Shown in pieces: positions 18,150-28,415 of a DNA stretch of 40,297 nucleotides. Position numbers and translations under genes: made by a program. The stretch spans positions 1 through 40,297 of IMG/VR virus record IMGVR_UViG_3300021408_000173, one strand, 5' to 3'. This DNA is from a virus. Lineage: Duplodnaviria; Caudoviricetes. The notes beneath the pieces were generated by a model. That model was not told the origin of the DNA. It worked only from the letters and a program-made list of their open reading frames with translations, and ran no database searches. Position 1 is the first letter of the stretch, and each line of letters begins with the position of its first letter.

Positions 18150-18373
18150 CGTACGGCTGGACCCCGAGGGAAGTAGACAAGATCACGTGGCCCATGCTGT
18201 CGGGCCTGCTGTACCGGATGAAGGAGTACCCGCCGACCGACTTCGTTGTGGCGGGGATGATGAGGAAGCAAGCGCCGAAGCCGATAGCCGAGCAGTTGGC
18301 AACCGTTCGGGTGCCGGTCAGGAAAGGTAAGGTGAAGACACGTGGCGACATCCGCAGGAGAACTAGAAGTTAA
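17736..18373 (+). CDS. Tail assembly chaperone frameshift product (GT)
   Basis: The -1 frame after 18056 is open to TAA 18371-18373 and reads ...FGLAYGWTPREVDKITW... Confidence 0.75.
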
Positions 18374-20111
18374 ACTGACGCTCGACGCGGCCGACTTCAA
18401 GAAGGCCATGCAGGGCACACAGACGCAGGTCAGCGAGTTCGGCAAGACGGCTAAGGCCTTCGCGGGCACACTCGCCGCGGCCTTCTCGTTCGCTGAGGTG
18501 GCCAACTTCTTCAAGCAGTCTCTGATGGCGTACGCGGAGCAGGAGCTGGCAGTTTCCAAGCTTGTAAAGTCACTAGAGAACCAGGGCATCGCCTCTGACA
18601 AGGTGGTCAACCACCTCACCGGGTTGGCCACAGCGCTGCAGTCCACGACGGGGTACGCCGACGAGGCGATCATCTCGGCGCAGGCCCTGATGACCTCCTT
18701 TGGCCTGCAGGGCGAGCAGATGGACCGCGCCACCAAGGCGGCCATCGACCTGTCGGCGTCGCTGGGCATAGATTTGACGCAGGCAGCGCAGCTCGTGGGC
18801 AAGGCGTTCGTCGGCGAGACCGGCGCGCTGAGCCGCTACGGCATCATCATCGACAAGAACATAGACTCCTCCAAGAAGTTCGAGGCCGTCCTCGGGCAGG
18901 TGGAGGGAAGGTTCGGCGGATCCGCGGAGGCGCAGGCGCAGACCTTCACTGGACAAATGAAACTCCTGGGGGTGGCGTTCAGCGAGCTGCAGGAGACAGT
19001 TGGGTCGTTCCTCGCGGGGCCCGGGGCCGGAGTCATACACTGGTTGACGCAGCTCCTTAACAATTTAACTTCATCTCTCCAGACAATTAAGTCCGTGTCG
19101 GACGGGTTCACCTCGTTCGGAGCCTTCTTGCAGACCTACTTCATCACGGCCCTCGGGACCATCGCGGTCACGTTCCTCACCATTGTGCAGAAGCTCTACG
19201 AGCTGGCCGCACAGCTCCCGATCGTCGGGGCCGCGTACCAGGTGATGGCCAACAACATCGCGACGTCGAACCTGTGGCTGCAGGACCAGATCGTCAAGCT
19301 GCAGGCGGCCAAGCTGATGTCGATGCAGGCGACGACGACCGCGGTCACGGGCGAGAAGCAGAAACAGACTGAATATAGAAACACCGCGACCGTGCTGAAG
19401 GCCGTGACCGAGCAGTCCAGCCTGTTCGTCAAGGACGCCATGAAGGATGAGATCAAGGCGCGCGGCGAGCACGCTGAAGCGCTCAAGAAGGCGCAGAAGG
19501 CCTTCGCCGACGAGTTCATAACGACAGAGGCGGACATGTGGCTGAAGGCCGCGGAGCTTGCGCACTCGTTCTTCACCGGGGTGGGGGACGCCTTCGCCGA
19601 CATGATCGTCGACGGTAAGAGCCTGAGCGACTCGATGAAGGCCGTGTTCAGGGACATGGCCAAGCAGATCATCTCCTACATCGTCGCCATGATCGCCAAG
19701 CTCATCGCCTTCCTTATCATGCGGGAAGCCGCCAGGCAGTTCGGCGGGGCGTACGGGCAGGCGGCCGCGGCGGCCATGACCGCGTCGGCCAACGCCACGG
19801 ACTGGGGCGGGTCGGGCATGGCCACGGGCGGAATGATTAACGAGCCCTCGGTGCTGACCGGCCTGCGCAGCGGGCGCAGCCACATGGTCGGCGAGGCGGG
19901 GCCGGAAGAGGTCGTGCCCATGGGCGGCAACATGTCCAATAAGGAAGCCGGCGGGCGCGGAGGGATCACCATCAACATCTCCGGCATGTTCCTAGACGCG
20001 GACGAGAGCACGTGGCAGCGCCTCATGCGCGAGAAGCTTTTGCCCGAGATCAGGCGTGTCACCTCGTACAACCCGACCGGGCCTTTCAATAGAAGGAGGG
20101 GCGTCTCATGA
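18342..20111 (+). CDS. Tape measure protein
   Basis: 589 aa, Ala-rich helical; GELEVKL.LD start; MATGG...VGEAGPEEVVP end. Confidence 0.92.
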   Translation: MATSAGELEVKLTLDAADFKKAMQGTQTQVSEFGKTAKAFAGTLAAAFSFAEVANFFKQSLMAYAEQELAVSKLVKSLENQGIASDKVVNHLTGLATALQSTTGYADEAIISAQALMTSFGLQGEQMDRATKAAIDLSASLGIDLTQAAQLVGKAFVGETGALSRYGIIIDKNIDSSKKFEAVLGQVEGRFGGSAEAQAQTFTGQMKLLGVAFSELQETVGSFLAGPGAGVIHWLTQLLNNLTSSLQTIKSVSDGFTSFGAFLQTYFITALGTIAVTFLTIVQKLYELAAQLPIVGAAYQVMANNIATSNLWLQDQIVKLQAAKLMSMQATTTAVTGEKQKQTEYRNTATVLKAVTEQSSLFVKDAMKDEIKARGEHAEALKKAQKAFADEFITTEADMWLKAAELAHSFFTGVGDAFADMIVDGKSLSDSMKAVFRDMAKQIISYIVAMIAKLIAFLIMREAARQFGGAYGQAAAAAMTASANATDWGGSGMATGGMINEPSVLTGLRSGRSHMVGEAGPEEVVPMGGNMSNKEAGGRGGITINISGMFLDADESTWQRLMREKLLPEIRRVTSYNPTGPFNRRRGVS

Positions 20112-20869
20112 CCTATCTGATGAACGGCGGAATGTGGAACAGCCAGCCCTGGAACGGGCCGGCCAACCTCCTCACGATCGCCGGGGACATGAAGGTCCTG
20201 TACAACCAACGAATGATAGACTTGAACTGGGGCACCATAGACGGCGCCAACTTCTACCAGGTGCAGGTCAGCCTGTTCCCCGATTTCCGCTCCTGCTTCG
20301 TAGACGTGCCCGTGTCCGAGTCGGACTACCAGTTCACGGACGCGCAGACGGACGACATGAAGCGGTACTGGCGGTGGCGGCCCTCGGTCAGCTCGGGGGC
20401 GGACTGGCTCGCGCCGTGGTCCGACGTCGGGCACTACTGGCTGGACACCGGCGCGGCGGGCGAGATCGAGGTGCCACAGCACCAGTGGGTCATGTTCGAC
20501 GAGAACGACGTGACAGACATCTACTGGTTCGAGATGTTCCCAATGTCCACGACGGTGTCCAAGAACATATTCAGGTTCCAGGGGCGCAACCGCGTGGGCA
20601 CGCTGCTCTCCGAGTTCCTGACGGTGAAGGACGACGTCACCCTCATGTTCGGCGGCGCGCAGTACCTCAACCACCCGCAGCTCGACGAGTTCGAGCGCTT
20701 CAACAACACGAAGCGGACGTTCTTCCTCGCCAACTACATAATAAGCAAGCGCGGGGAACCAACGCCGCACATCTGGAAAGTAGAATTTGTACAGGACCCA
20801 GCTTTCACAATGATCGCCGCCGGACGGCCGGACCTGCTGCGCGGCACTTTGAACTTCACGGAGGTATAA
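20108..20869 (+). CDS. Distal tail (Dit)-like protein with N-terminal Fn3-like segment
   Basis: Directly after TMP; ends GTLNFTEV; LNW...YQVQV...YWR pattern. Confidence 0.6.
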   Translation: MTYLMNGGMWNSQPWNGPANLLTIAGDMKVLYNQRMIDLNWGTIDGANFYQVQVSLFPDFRSCFVDVPVSESDYQFTDAQTDDMKRYWRWRPSVSSGADWLAPWSDVGHYWLDTGAAGEIEVPQHQWVMFDENDVTDIYWFEMFPMSTTVSKNIFRFQGRNRVGTLLSEFLTVKDDVTLMFGGAQYLNHPQLDEFERFNNTKRTFFLANYIISKRGEPTPHIWKVEFVQDPAFTMIAAGRPDLLRGTLNFTEV

Positions 20870-20873
20870 GACC

Positions 20874-22730
20874 ATGGCAGCCATATTCCCAGGAGCAGTA
20901 GCCACGCAGCTTCAGCTTTTGACGGCGATCAACAACACGAAGGTGTTGCTGGACGTGAACGCCGGGATCGGCGACACCACCATCACGGTGGACGACGCCT
21001 CCCCGCTGCCGACGTCAGGCTACCTGACCTTTAACGATAACGCGGACTCGCCCGAGACGATCCACTACACGGGAAAGAGCACCAACGACCTGACCGGTGT
21101 CACGCGCGGCGCCGACGGGACCTCCGCGTCCGCGCACACGGCCGACGGCGTGAACGCCCTAGAGCAGCGCTGGAACGCTGACTACCACAACATTCTCACG
21201 TTGGAGTTCGTCGCCGTCGAGACATACCTGTCCGACAGGTTCGGCATAGGGTCAAGCCCAGTTATACCTTCTGGCAAGACGTTGACCATCGCCGCCACCT
21301 CGAACCAGCTGGTCTTGGGGACTACGCGCACGGTGACGGTCACCGCCCCGACCCCGGCAAGCGCCTCAAGGACTTGGACAATCCCAGACCTTTCAGGGGA
21401 CATGACTTTCGCGGCCATCGGGGGCGCGCAGACGATCACGGGCGCGAAGACTTTCACATCAAGCACTTTATTGCTCCAGGAAGCCGCCGGCTCCGACGTG
21501 GTCACCATCGCGGTGGCCTCCCTCGGGTCAGGCCGCACCTACACGGTGCCGGACGCGGGTGGCGCCGCGGAGTTCGTTATGACGGGCGGAGCGCAGATCG
21601 TGACGGGCGCCAAGACATTCGCGTCTAGCGCGCTGCTTCTGCAGGAGGCGGGCAGCACTGACGTCGTGACGATCGCGGTGGCCGCACTGGCCGCTGGGCG
21701 CACGTACACCGTCCCTGACGCGGGCGGTGTGGCGGACTTCGTGATGACGGCGGGGGCACAAACTATCGGCGGCGTTAAGACGCTGAGCTCGGCGCCCATC
21801 ATCAGCGCCCTGACAGCCTCAACGGTCCCATACCTGGACGGCAGCAAGCAGCTGGCAAGCTCGGCGATCACGCCGACCCAGCTGGGCTACTTGGCTAACA
21901 TATTCGGGTACAGACGCCCCGTTCTTCAATTCATCAGTGTCACCGCAGTTGACGTAGAGAACAACACGGGCATATCGAATCAAACGCGCATCGTGTTCCC
22001 TGACGGCGAGTTCAGAGACGTGACAGAGGACACGGCCAGCACGAACAAATACCGCCGCTTCCTTATTACCGCCGCCGCAGAGTTCACCTCCGGCACAGAA
22101 GACTCCGGCGTTCGCTCCGGCATTTCAGAGGCAACGAACACCTGGTACGCCATATACGCCGTGAAGTCTGTCATCAACGCGGTCAACTTCGTCCTGGCTG
22201 GGGACACGACGCTCCCGCTCCAGGCGAACTTCTCCACCCTCAACAGCCGCTACGGTACGAATGGCTGGGTGTACCTCGGCATGATCCGCAACGGCGACGG
22301 GGCCGGATCGACGGGAGACATTCTTGACTTTGTTCAGCACGGCAACAGAGTGATGTTTCGCAACACGAACGCTGACGCCAACTTCGGCGGAGCGCATTGC
22401 GGTCTAATCCTCGCAACGTCTGCGGGTACAACCTCGCTTGGATGGGTCTATGCTGCGGGGACGGGAACGGCACAAGTCCCGAATAACATCCTCATGGGCG
22501 ACGCATTTTTTGGTCGGGATACAGGGACAACGGAGATCACATTCTTCGCGACGGGCACTCGAACTTTATACCGTCATCAGAATGGTACATCAGGCCGAAT
22601 TGGAGTAAGTATATTCACATCGCTTTCCGCCGGCGTCAGCGTCGGCTCAGGAGCCTCGAATCCAATGATTATAGAACTACAAGGGTGGGTTGATAACGCT
22701 CTTGGCATAGGCTTTAACCCAGTTTTGTAA
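20874..22730 (+). CDS. Tail fibre / receptor-binding protein
   Basis: N-terminal ETIHYTG...VTRG.DGT.A.AH; 55-aa tandem repeats; lower-GC C-terminus. Confidence 0.75.
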   Translation: MAAIFPGAVATQLQLLTAINNTKVLLDVNAGIGDTTITVDDASPLPTSGYLTFNDNADSPETIHYTGKSTNDLTGVTRGADGTSASAHTADGVNALEQRWNADYHNILTLEFVAVETYLSDRFGIGSSPVIPSGKTLTIAATSNQLVLGTTRTVTVTAPTPASASRTWTIPDLSGDMTFAAIGGAQTITGAKTFTSSTLLLQEAAGSDVVTIAVASLGSGRTYTVPDAGGAAEFVMTGGAQIVTGAKTFASSALLLQEAGSTDVVTIAVAALAAGRTYTVPDAGGVADFVMTAGAQTIGGVKTLSSAPIISALTASTVPYLDGSKQLASSAITPTQLGYLANIFGYRRPVLQFISVTAVDVENNTGISNQTRIVFPDGEFRDVTEDTASTNKYRRFLITAAAEFTSGTEDSGVRSGISEATNTWYAIYAVKSVINAVNFVLAGDTTLPLQANFSTLNSRYGTNGWVYLGMIRNGDGAGSTGDILDFVQHGNRVMFRNTNADANFGGAHCGLILATSAGTTSLGWVYAAGTGTAQVPNNILMGDAFFGRDTGTTEITFFATGTRTLYRHQNGTSGRIGVSIFTSLSAGVSVGSGASNPMIIELQGWVDNALGIGFNPVL

Positions 22731-22778
22731 AGAAATTAAATCCCAGCAGCCTTATTAATAGGCGAAAGAGGAACGCAC

Positions 22779-23099
22779 ATGAAAAAAATAGCAGGATTGA
22801 ACGAGAGACTGTTGACGTTGTCTGAAGAAGAAGTAAATGAGAAGATGCCAACACGTAGGTCGTTGTTGCTTGGCATCGGCAACACAAAGATGGACACAGC
22901 GGACGACTCTCGCCGTGTACGGCGCATCCTTATGAAGATCAGGGCAAAGGACACGGACACGTTGGCTCTCGAAAATGACGACCTTAATTTTCTGGAAAAG
23001 CACTTTGAGAAGAACCCTGCTGGCCTGCCGTCTTGGTTCCAGGGGCAGATACTGGATCTTCTAGCATCGGCCGAGAAGATTGAACTCGAGATAAAATAA
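22779..23099 (+). CDS. Hypothetical protein (possible fibre chaperone)
   Basis: GAGGA RBS; AT-richer; follows the fibre gene. Confidence 0.6.
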   Translation: MKKIAGLNERLLTLSEEEVNEKMPTRRSLLLGIGNTKMDTADDSRRVRRILMKIRAKDTDTLALENDDLNFLEKHFEKNPAGLPSWFQGQILDLLASAEKIELEIK

Positions 23100-24778
23100 T
23101 GGCATCAGTCGCCTTCACAGCGGAGATGGACAAACAGCGGGGCGTGACACCTCGCACCAAGGTCGAGTTCATCGACAAGGACGCGAACGTCACGGACGTC
23201 ACCGCCAACTACCTGGGAGGGGCAAACTTCGAGCAGGTGCGCGAGCGCGCGCCCGACGAGATACAGGCCGGCCAGTTCGACATCACGATGTCCAACGAGA
23301 CCAACCTGTTCTCGGAGTACGTGCCCGGCTCCCTGCTCTACGGGGTAGACTACCACGGGGCCAAGATCAGGATCAGCCAGGGGTTCCTACTGCCGGACGG
23401 CACGCTCGAGTACGAGATGCAGGGCGTCCTCTTCATCGACCAGCTGAAGACGGACCCCGTGTCCTCGCGCGTGACGCTCCGGTGCAGGGACCTTCTCTGG
23501 AAGATCATGGACCAGAAGCTGCACGCGCGGCCCGACTCCGAGATACCGGTGCCCGACTCCGGCAACGTCGGGGACGGCGTGGTGTCCGGCGTGGCCAAGC
23601 TGCCCTTCATCACCGTCAACGAGACCTGGACCGTGACATGTACAACTCCTGGCGCCGACGGCGTGGCCCAGTTCTCGGTCTCTGGTTCTATATCAGGGTC
23701 TATCGGGCCAGCCACTAGCGGCACGGAGTTCATCTCCGCGGCCAAGGGGATACGCTTCACGATCCGCGGTGGCGCGACCAACTGGTCCGCCGGGGACAAG
23801 TTCATATTCCTCCTGACGCAGAGCCCGGAGTGGGACGGCGTGAACGCGGGCAAGATCATATGGTCGATCCTTACAGGGTACGACTGGGACTCCGACACGC
23901 AAGAGGCGTTCGCGGACTCCGTGTTCAACCTGGACCACACGCAGTCGGACGCCAACGAGGACCTGGACTACGAGGCCTTCGCCACCGTCATCTCGATCAT
24001 CGACTCCATCGGGGTCTTCAACCTGAAGGGCTACATACCCTACGACTCGGACGCAGTTCAATATCTCCAGAGTCTCATCGTGATGTTCCTGGGGTCCATC
24101 TACACGGGCAACGACGGCCGCATCAAGATGACCACGTACGTCCCGTCGTTCACCCCGAACTTCCGGACGTTCTCGGACACGGCCCAGATCATGCAGCTCT
24201 CGTACAGCAGGGGCATCGACGAGGTCATCAACCACGTCTCCGTCGACTACAAGGGGTCGGACACGTGGCCGTGGCTGAGCGAGGAGCTCACGCTCGACGG
24301 GCACTTCGTCAACCAGGACGACACGTCGGTGGCCGACCGCGGGCAGCTCTCGCAGGCGTTCACCATCCCGTGGTACTCGACGGGCGGCAACCACATACAG
24401 GATTTCGCCTCCAAGCTGATCTCCAGGTACAAGGACCCGCCGCTCAACATCGAGTTCACCACGCGCATGGACGCGCTCCTCACGGAGATAGGCGACCGGG
24501 CCATCGTGGAGGACTCGAAGTCAGGCCTCTCCGGGATCATCGGCGAGGTGACCAGAATAGTTAAACAATTTGACGGCACGCCGGCGTCCATCCAGATGCG
24601 GCTGCGGCAGGACTCCACGACCAACACGCTCTTCGGCGCGATCGGCTCCGAGGAGGACGAGGGTGATGGCATCAGCCCGCAGACCGACGACTACGACACG
24701 GCCACCACCACCGACAAGCAATTCGCATACTTCTCCAAAGTCGGCGGGCCACATCCGCCGCAGTACTCGGTGTTCTGA
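23099..24778 (+). CDS. Baseplate hub / tail tip protein
   Basis: QG..FID, L.CRD, GSIY...DGRIK, INHVSVDY, EIGD patterns of hub proteins. Confidence 0.7.
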   Translation: MASVAFTAEMDKQRGVTPRTKVEFIDKDANVTDVTANYLGGANFEQVRERAPDEIQAGQFDITMSNETNLFSEYVPGSLLYGVDYHGAKIRISQGFLLPDGTLEYEMQGVLFIDQLKTDPVSSRVTLRCRDLLWKIMDQKLHARPDSEIPVPDSGNVGDGVVSGVAKLPFITVNETWTVTCTTPGADGVAQFSVSGSISGSIGPATSGTEFISAAKGIRFTIRGGATNWSAGDKFIFLLTQSPEWDGVNAGKIIWSILTGYDWDSDTQEAFADSVFNLDHTQSDANEDLDYEAFATVISIIDSIGVFNLKGYIPYDSDAVQYLQSLIVMFLGSIYTGNDGRIKMTTYVPSFTPNFRTFSDTAQIMQLSYSRGIDEVINHVSVDYKGSDTWPWLSEELTLDGHFVNQDDTSVADRGQLSQAFTIPWYSTGGNHIQDFASKLISRYKDPPLNIEFTTRMDALLTEIGDRAIVEDSKSGLSGIIGEVTRIVKQFDGTPASIQMRLRQDSTTNTLFGAIGSEEDEGDGISPQTDDYDTATTTDKQFAYFSKVGGPHPPQYSVF

Positions 24779-26538
24779 TGGGATACCTTAACCTCGTCGG
24801 GGCCTTCCGGTACAGGGAGCCGTTGTTCCGCTCCAAGCTAGACGCGCTCGCGGAGAACGACGCGCAGCTCAAGACCGACGGCTGGGCGCAGAACACGAAG
24901 ACGCTCTTCTACCAGGCTACCGTGCCGACGGGCTGGACGCTCGACGCCAGCCAGAACGACAAGGGCCTGCGCGTCGTCGGCTCGACCGGGGGAGGCGTGG
25001 CCGTCAGCGGACAGGCTCTGTCGGCGACCATCACCCTCGCGCACACCCACAGCATATCGGCCGCCGGCGGTCACACCCACGCCTACGCCAACCACACGCA
25101 CCGGTTCGGAGTCGCATCGTCCTCGGCGCCCTTCGGCATCAACTACGCCGACCTCGGCGGGTTCATCTACAGGTACAACTCCTTCGGCGGCTCCACCTCG
25201 ATAAGCATTTTAGACGCGGTCTTAACAACTCCTGGGGCGTTGACGCTAGGCACCGAGCCGAACCACGACCACAGCGGGGTCACGGACTCTTCCCTTACCA
25301 ATTTCGTGTTCGCGTACGCGGACGTCATCATCGGAACCAAGAACGCGCCAGGAGGAACATACACGGACCTCACCGCGTTCTGGACCACCGGCGCGGACAT
25401 CGACTTCGACCCGTTCGACCAGTACGCGGACAACGACGCATACAACCTGGGCAACCTCATGCCTTCCGGGACCGTCATGATATTCGGGCAGCAGGCCGCG
25501 CCAATCGGGTGGACGAGGATCCTGACGACCAACGACCGCATGCTGCGCGTGGTCAGCGGCGTCGGCGGGGGACTGGGCGGGACGCAGCTCATGTCCTCGG
25601 GCGTGACCATCGCGCACGCGAACAACCTGGCGGTGGTCGGCGACCACACCCACACCGTGCCGAGCCATCAACACCTCCTGAACCAGTCCAGCGCCTCCTT
25701 GGCCACGGCCAACCCGCACACGGCGGCGACCGGGTACATACAAGACAGCGGCATCATTCCAGGGAACATGGCCGAGAGCGACGACGCGGGGAGCGCGGCA
25801 AGCCGTTCGTGCATAAGGACGCGCACGACGAGCTCAGGGTCGGGCAGCACCGGCGCGTCAGGTGGCCACACCCACGCGCTTGTCTCCGCGCTGGCCGACT
25901 TCACCATGGCCTACGTCGACGTCATCCAGTGCTCGAAGGACGTGGCCGGCGCAAGCTCGGTGTACACGGACATGACCGCGGTCTTCGCCTGGAAGAAGCT
26001 CGTGTCGAAGCAGCGCCTCAACAAGCTGGCCGCGAACGACGCCTACATCCAGTTCCACACGACGCCGACCGGGACGAAGGCCCTCTTCTACATGTCGAGC
26101 CCGCCGGCCGGGTGGACCAAGGACACCACGCAGCACGGGAAGGCGCTGCGCATCGTGTCGGGGGCGACCGGCGGATCGCCCGGCGGCGGCGCGCACCTCC
26201 TGTCGGACGTCATCTCGCTGCAGCACACGCACGGGATACCGACCGAGGCCGACCACACGCACAGCATGAGCCACACGCACCCCTTCGACACGGGCAGCCA
26301 GAGCGTGAACCCGAACACGGGCTTCCAGGTCAGGTCGCGCACGGCCGGCGGCCAGATGGGGCGTCAGGTGGCGGTCAGCTCCCCGTTCAGTGCCCAACAG
26401 CTTTTGACAACGACCCTCGCGCCGCAGGAGACGGACACGGCCGCGGCGGGGTCTCACAACCACGGCGGCACGACGGGCTCGGCGCTCTCAGACGTGAGTC
26501 TGGCGTACGCGGACGTCATACACTGCACAAAGGACTAA
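24778..26538 (+). CDS. Tail fibre with three repeated collar-like/HxH modules
   Basis: P.GWT...LR.V..GG, HTH clusters and AY.DVI..KD/N each occur three times. Confidence 0.8.
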   Translation: MGYLNLVGAFRYREPLFRSKLDALAENDAQLKTDGWAQNTKTLFYQATVPTGWTLDASQNDKGLRVVGSTGGGVAVSGQALSATITLAHTHSISAAGGHTHAYANHTHRFGVASSSAPFGINYADLGGFIYRYNSFGGSTSISILDAVLTTPGALTLGTEPNHDHSGVTDSSLTNFVFAYADVIIGTKNAPGGTYTDLTAFWTTGADIDFDPFDQYADNDAYNLGNLMPSGTVMIFGQQAAPIGWTRILTTNDRMLRVVSGVGGGLGGTQLMSSGVTIAHANNLAVVGDHTHTVPSHQHLLNQSSASLATANPHTAATGYIQDSGIIPGNMAESDDAGSAASRSCIRTRTTSSGSGSTGASGGHTHALVSALADFTMAYVDVIQCSKDVAGASSVYTDMTAVFAWKKLVSKQRLNKLAANDAYIQFHTTPTGTKALFYMSSPPAGWTKDTTQHGKALRIVSGATGGSPGGGAHLLSDVISLQHTHGIPTEADHTHSMSHTHPFDTGSQSVNPNTGFQVRSRTAGGQMGRQVAVSSPFSAQQLLTTTLAPQETDTAAAGSHNHGGTTGSALSDVSLAYADVIHCTKD

Positions 26539-26542
26539 GGAC

Positions 26543-26959
26543 ATGAACGACGAAGCCAAGAAGGTAACATGCGCCTGCCCGCTCAACGGACAACTGTGCG
26601 TGGACGGTGTGCGCTCCGATTTCCCAGACGGGCCGATACACGGCGTGAAGGTGAAGTGCCGGTGGTGGACGCACGTGGTCGGCAAGGACCCGCAGACCAC
26701 GAAGGACTTTGACTTCTTCGACTGCGCGGTGGCGTGGCTCCCGGTGACGACGCTGGAAAACTCGCAGATGAGCCGACAGACGTCGGCGGCGGTGGACAAG
26801 GTGGCCAACGAAGTGGGCGGGCTGAAAACGAACATCGACAACCTCGGCCGGGCGGTGGCGGTGGCCGGGCAGAACATCAGGCAGGGGATCGAGGCAGGAA
26901 CGATACAGGTGCTGGTACCTACTAAAGAAAAGGATCTACTCGAGGGAGGCAAGTCATGA
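26543..26959 (+). CDS. Cys-rich hypothetical protein with coiled-coil
   Basis: CPL..C..CRWW..GKDPQT..DCAVAWLP. Confidence 0.7.
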   Translation: MNDEAKKVTCACPLNGQLCVDGVRSDFPDGPIHGVKVKCRWWTHVVGKDPQTTKDFDFFDCAVAWLPVTTLENSQMSRQTSAAVDKVANEVGGLKTNIDNLGRAVAVAGQNIRQGIEAGTIQVLVPTKEKDLLEGGKS

Positions 26960-27267
26960 AAAATTTATTCTCCTGGTTGCTCGCCGCCGTTGTTTGCGCA
27001 CAGTGCGTGGAGTGGACCAGGCTAACGGGCACCGTCAAGGGTATCAACTTGAAGGATTCGGCCATCGTCATCCAGATGAAGGACGGGGACATCCTAACCG
27101 TACCGGTCGACTACCAGGTCAAGATCGTTAACAAGCACAACGAGCTGCGCGGGCTTAAGCAGGTGGAGCTCGACGAGAAGGTCACGCTTACTAGGGTGCC
27201 GGCAGATAAACCAATCGAGGACACCGAAGGCCTGGCTCCTCCCGACCCAAAATTTCGTGGCCTCTGA
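26956..27267 (+). CDS. Secreted/membrane small beta-barrel protein
   Basis: Hydrophobic N-terminus; GTVKGI...L..V.L.EKVTL. Confidence 0.6.
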   Translation: MKNLFSWLLAAVVCAQCVEWTRLTGTVKGINLKDSAIVIQMKDGDILTVPVDYQVKIVNKHNELRGLKQVELDEKVTLTRVPADKPIEDTEGLAPPDPKFRGL

Positions 27268-27859
27268 TGACCCATCCTTATACAAGCGGGACGAGGATCG
27301 CGAGTGGCGCAAGGAAGTAGATCGCGATCGCGGGTGGCAAACAACCGCTATCAATGTTCTTCAGGAGCAATTAAAAAACCTGAAACGAACTGTGCAAGAG
27401 CACCAGCATACACTGCGCGGCGAGAAGGGCGAGCCTGGGTTGGTGGCCGAGTATTCAAAGCACGATGGACAGCTCACCAAGTTAAATGCAGTAGTGTTCC
27501 AGGACTCGACGGGGAAGCATGGCCTGGTGCACGACGTTCAGGAGTTAAAGTCCGGGGAAATGGGCAAGGAGCGTCGGTGGAAGTACTTAACGCCCATTTT
27601 CATTGCCTTAGTCTCGCTCGCAGGGTCCTTGATTTTAGGATGGGACAAAATTTCAGCGTTTTTGAAGTCGCAGCAAAAGCCTCCAGACGAGCTGCACCAG
27701 ATGATGGAGCGAGCAAAGCGGCCACGGAAGCGCGTCACTAAGGTCCGTTACCGCGTAGTCCCAGCCCCGGCAAAGCCGCCGGTGGAGGAGGGCGCGAATG
27801 ACAATGCCGATAAAGCTGTGCCCGAACGACGGGGCGACGATGCAGGTCACGTGGAGTGA
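27257..27859 (+). CDS. Coiled-coil membrane protein (holin/lysis-associated candidate)
   Basis: Heptad region then one TM helix (IFIALVSLAGSLILGW). Confidence 0.6.
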   Translation: MASDDPSLYKRDEDREWRKEVDRDRGWQTTAINVLQEQLKNLKRTVQEHQHTLRGEKGEPGLVAEYSKHDGQLTKLNAVVFQDSTGKHGLVHDVQELKSGEMGKERRWKYLTPIFIALVSLAGSLILGWDKISAFLKSQQKPPDELHQMMERAKRPRKRVTKVRYRVVPAPAKPPVEEGANDNADKAVPERRGDDAGHVE

Positions 27860-28040
27860 GCCTTTCGGAATTGATTTCCTCTGTCCTGTGTGCATGGTCC
27901 CGGCGACCGAGAATTTCGATAAGTGTCCGGTTCTCAAGGACCGGCGGAGAAGCCAGCGTGATGAAGGAGAAGAGAATGATAAAGCACTCGGAGGTCCACT
28001 GGGCGACGTTCATCAACCTGGGAAAGCAGTTGGTTGGTAA
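27798..28040 (+). CDS. Small Zn-ribbon protein (overlapping both neighbours)
   Basis: GGAGGAGG RBS; CPND...CPVC. Confidence 0.45.
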   Translation: MTMPIKLCPNDGATMQVTWSEPFGIDFLCPVCMVPATENFDKCPVLKDRRRSQRDEGEENDKALGGPLGDVHQPGKAVGW

Positions 28041-28401
28041 GCCGTACAGGTTCGGGGAGGAGGTCAACCTGAAGGAGACCGACCCCGCCAATATCAAGGC
28101 CATCGACTGCTCTGAACTGGTCGAATGGCTTTTCGCACAAGTAGGAATAATAGTTCCCGACGGTTCGTATAATCAGTTCAAGGTCTCCAACCCGGTGCAA
28201 GGCGACATCAAGATAGGCGACCTGGGATTCAAGTGGGTGCCGGAGACCAAATCGATTCACCACGTAGGCGTATGGATCGGAGACACGGTCCTAGAAGCAA
28301 AGGGTAAAGATTTCGGAGTCGTACTGACGCCGAGAGCAGACTACGAGAAGTCCACGCACTTCGCCATGTGGCGCCGGCTCACGGCCGTAGTAGACGCATA
28401 A
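27976..28401 (+). CDS. NlpC/P60 peptidase, putative endolysin
   Basis: GKPY.FG, IDCSEL, GDL.F, HVGVW, EA catalytic motifs; AAGGAG RBS. Confidence 0.88.
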   Translation: MIKHSEVHWATFINLGKQLVGKPYRFGEEVNLKETDPANIKAIDCSELVEWLFAQVGIIVPDGSYNQFKVSNPVQGDIKIGDLGFKWVPETKSIHHVGVWIGDTVLEAKGKDFGVVLTPRADYEKSTHFAMWRRLTAVVDA

Positions 28402-28415
28402 ACTAAAGGAGGATT

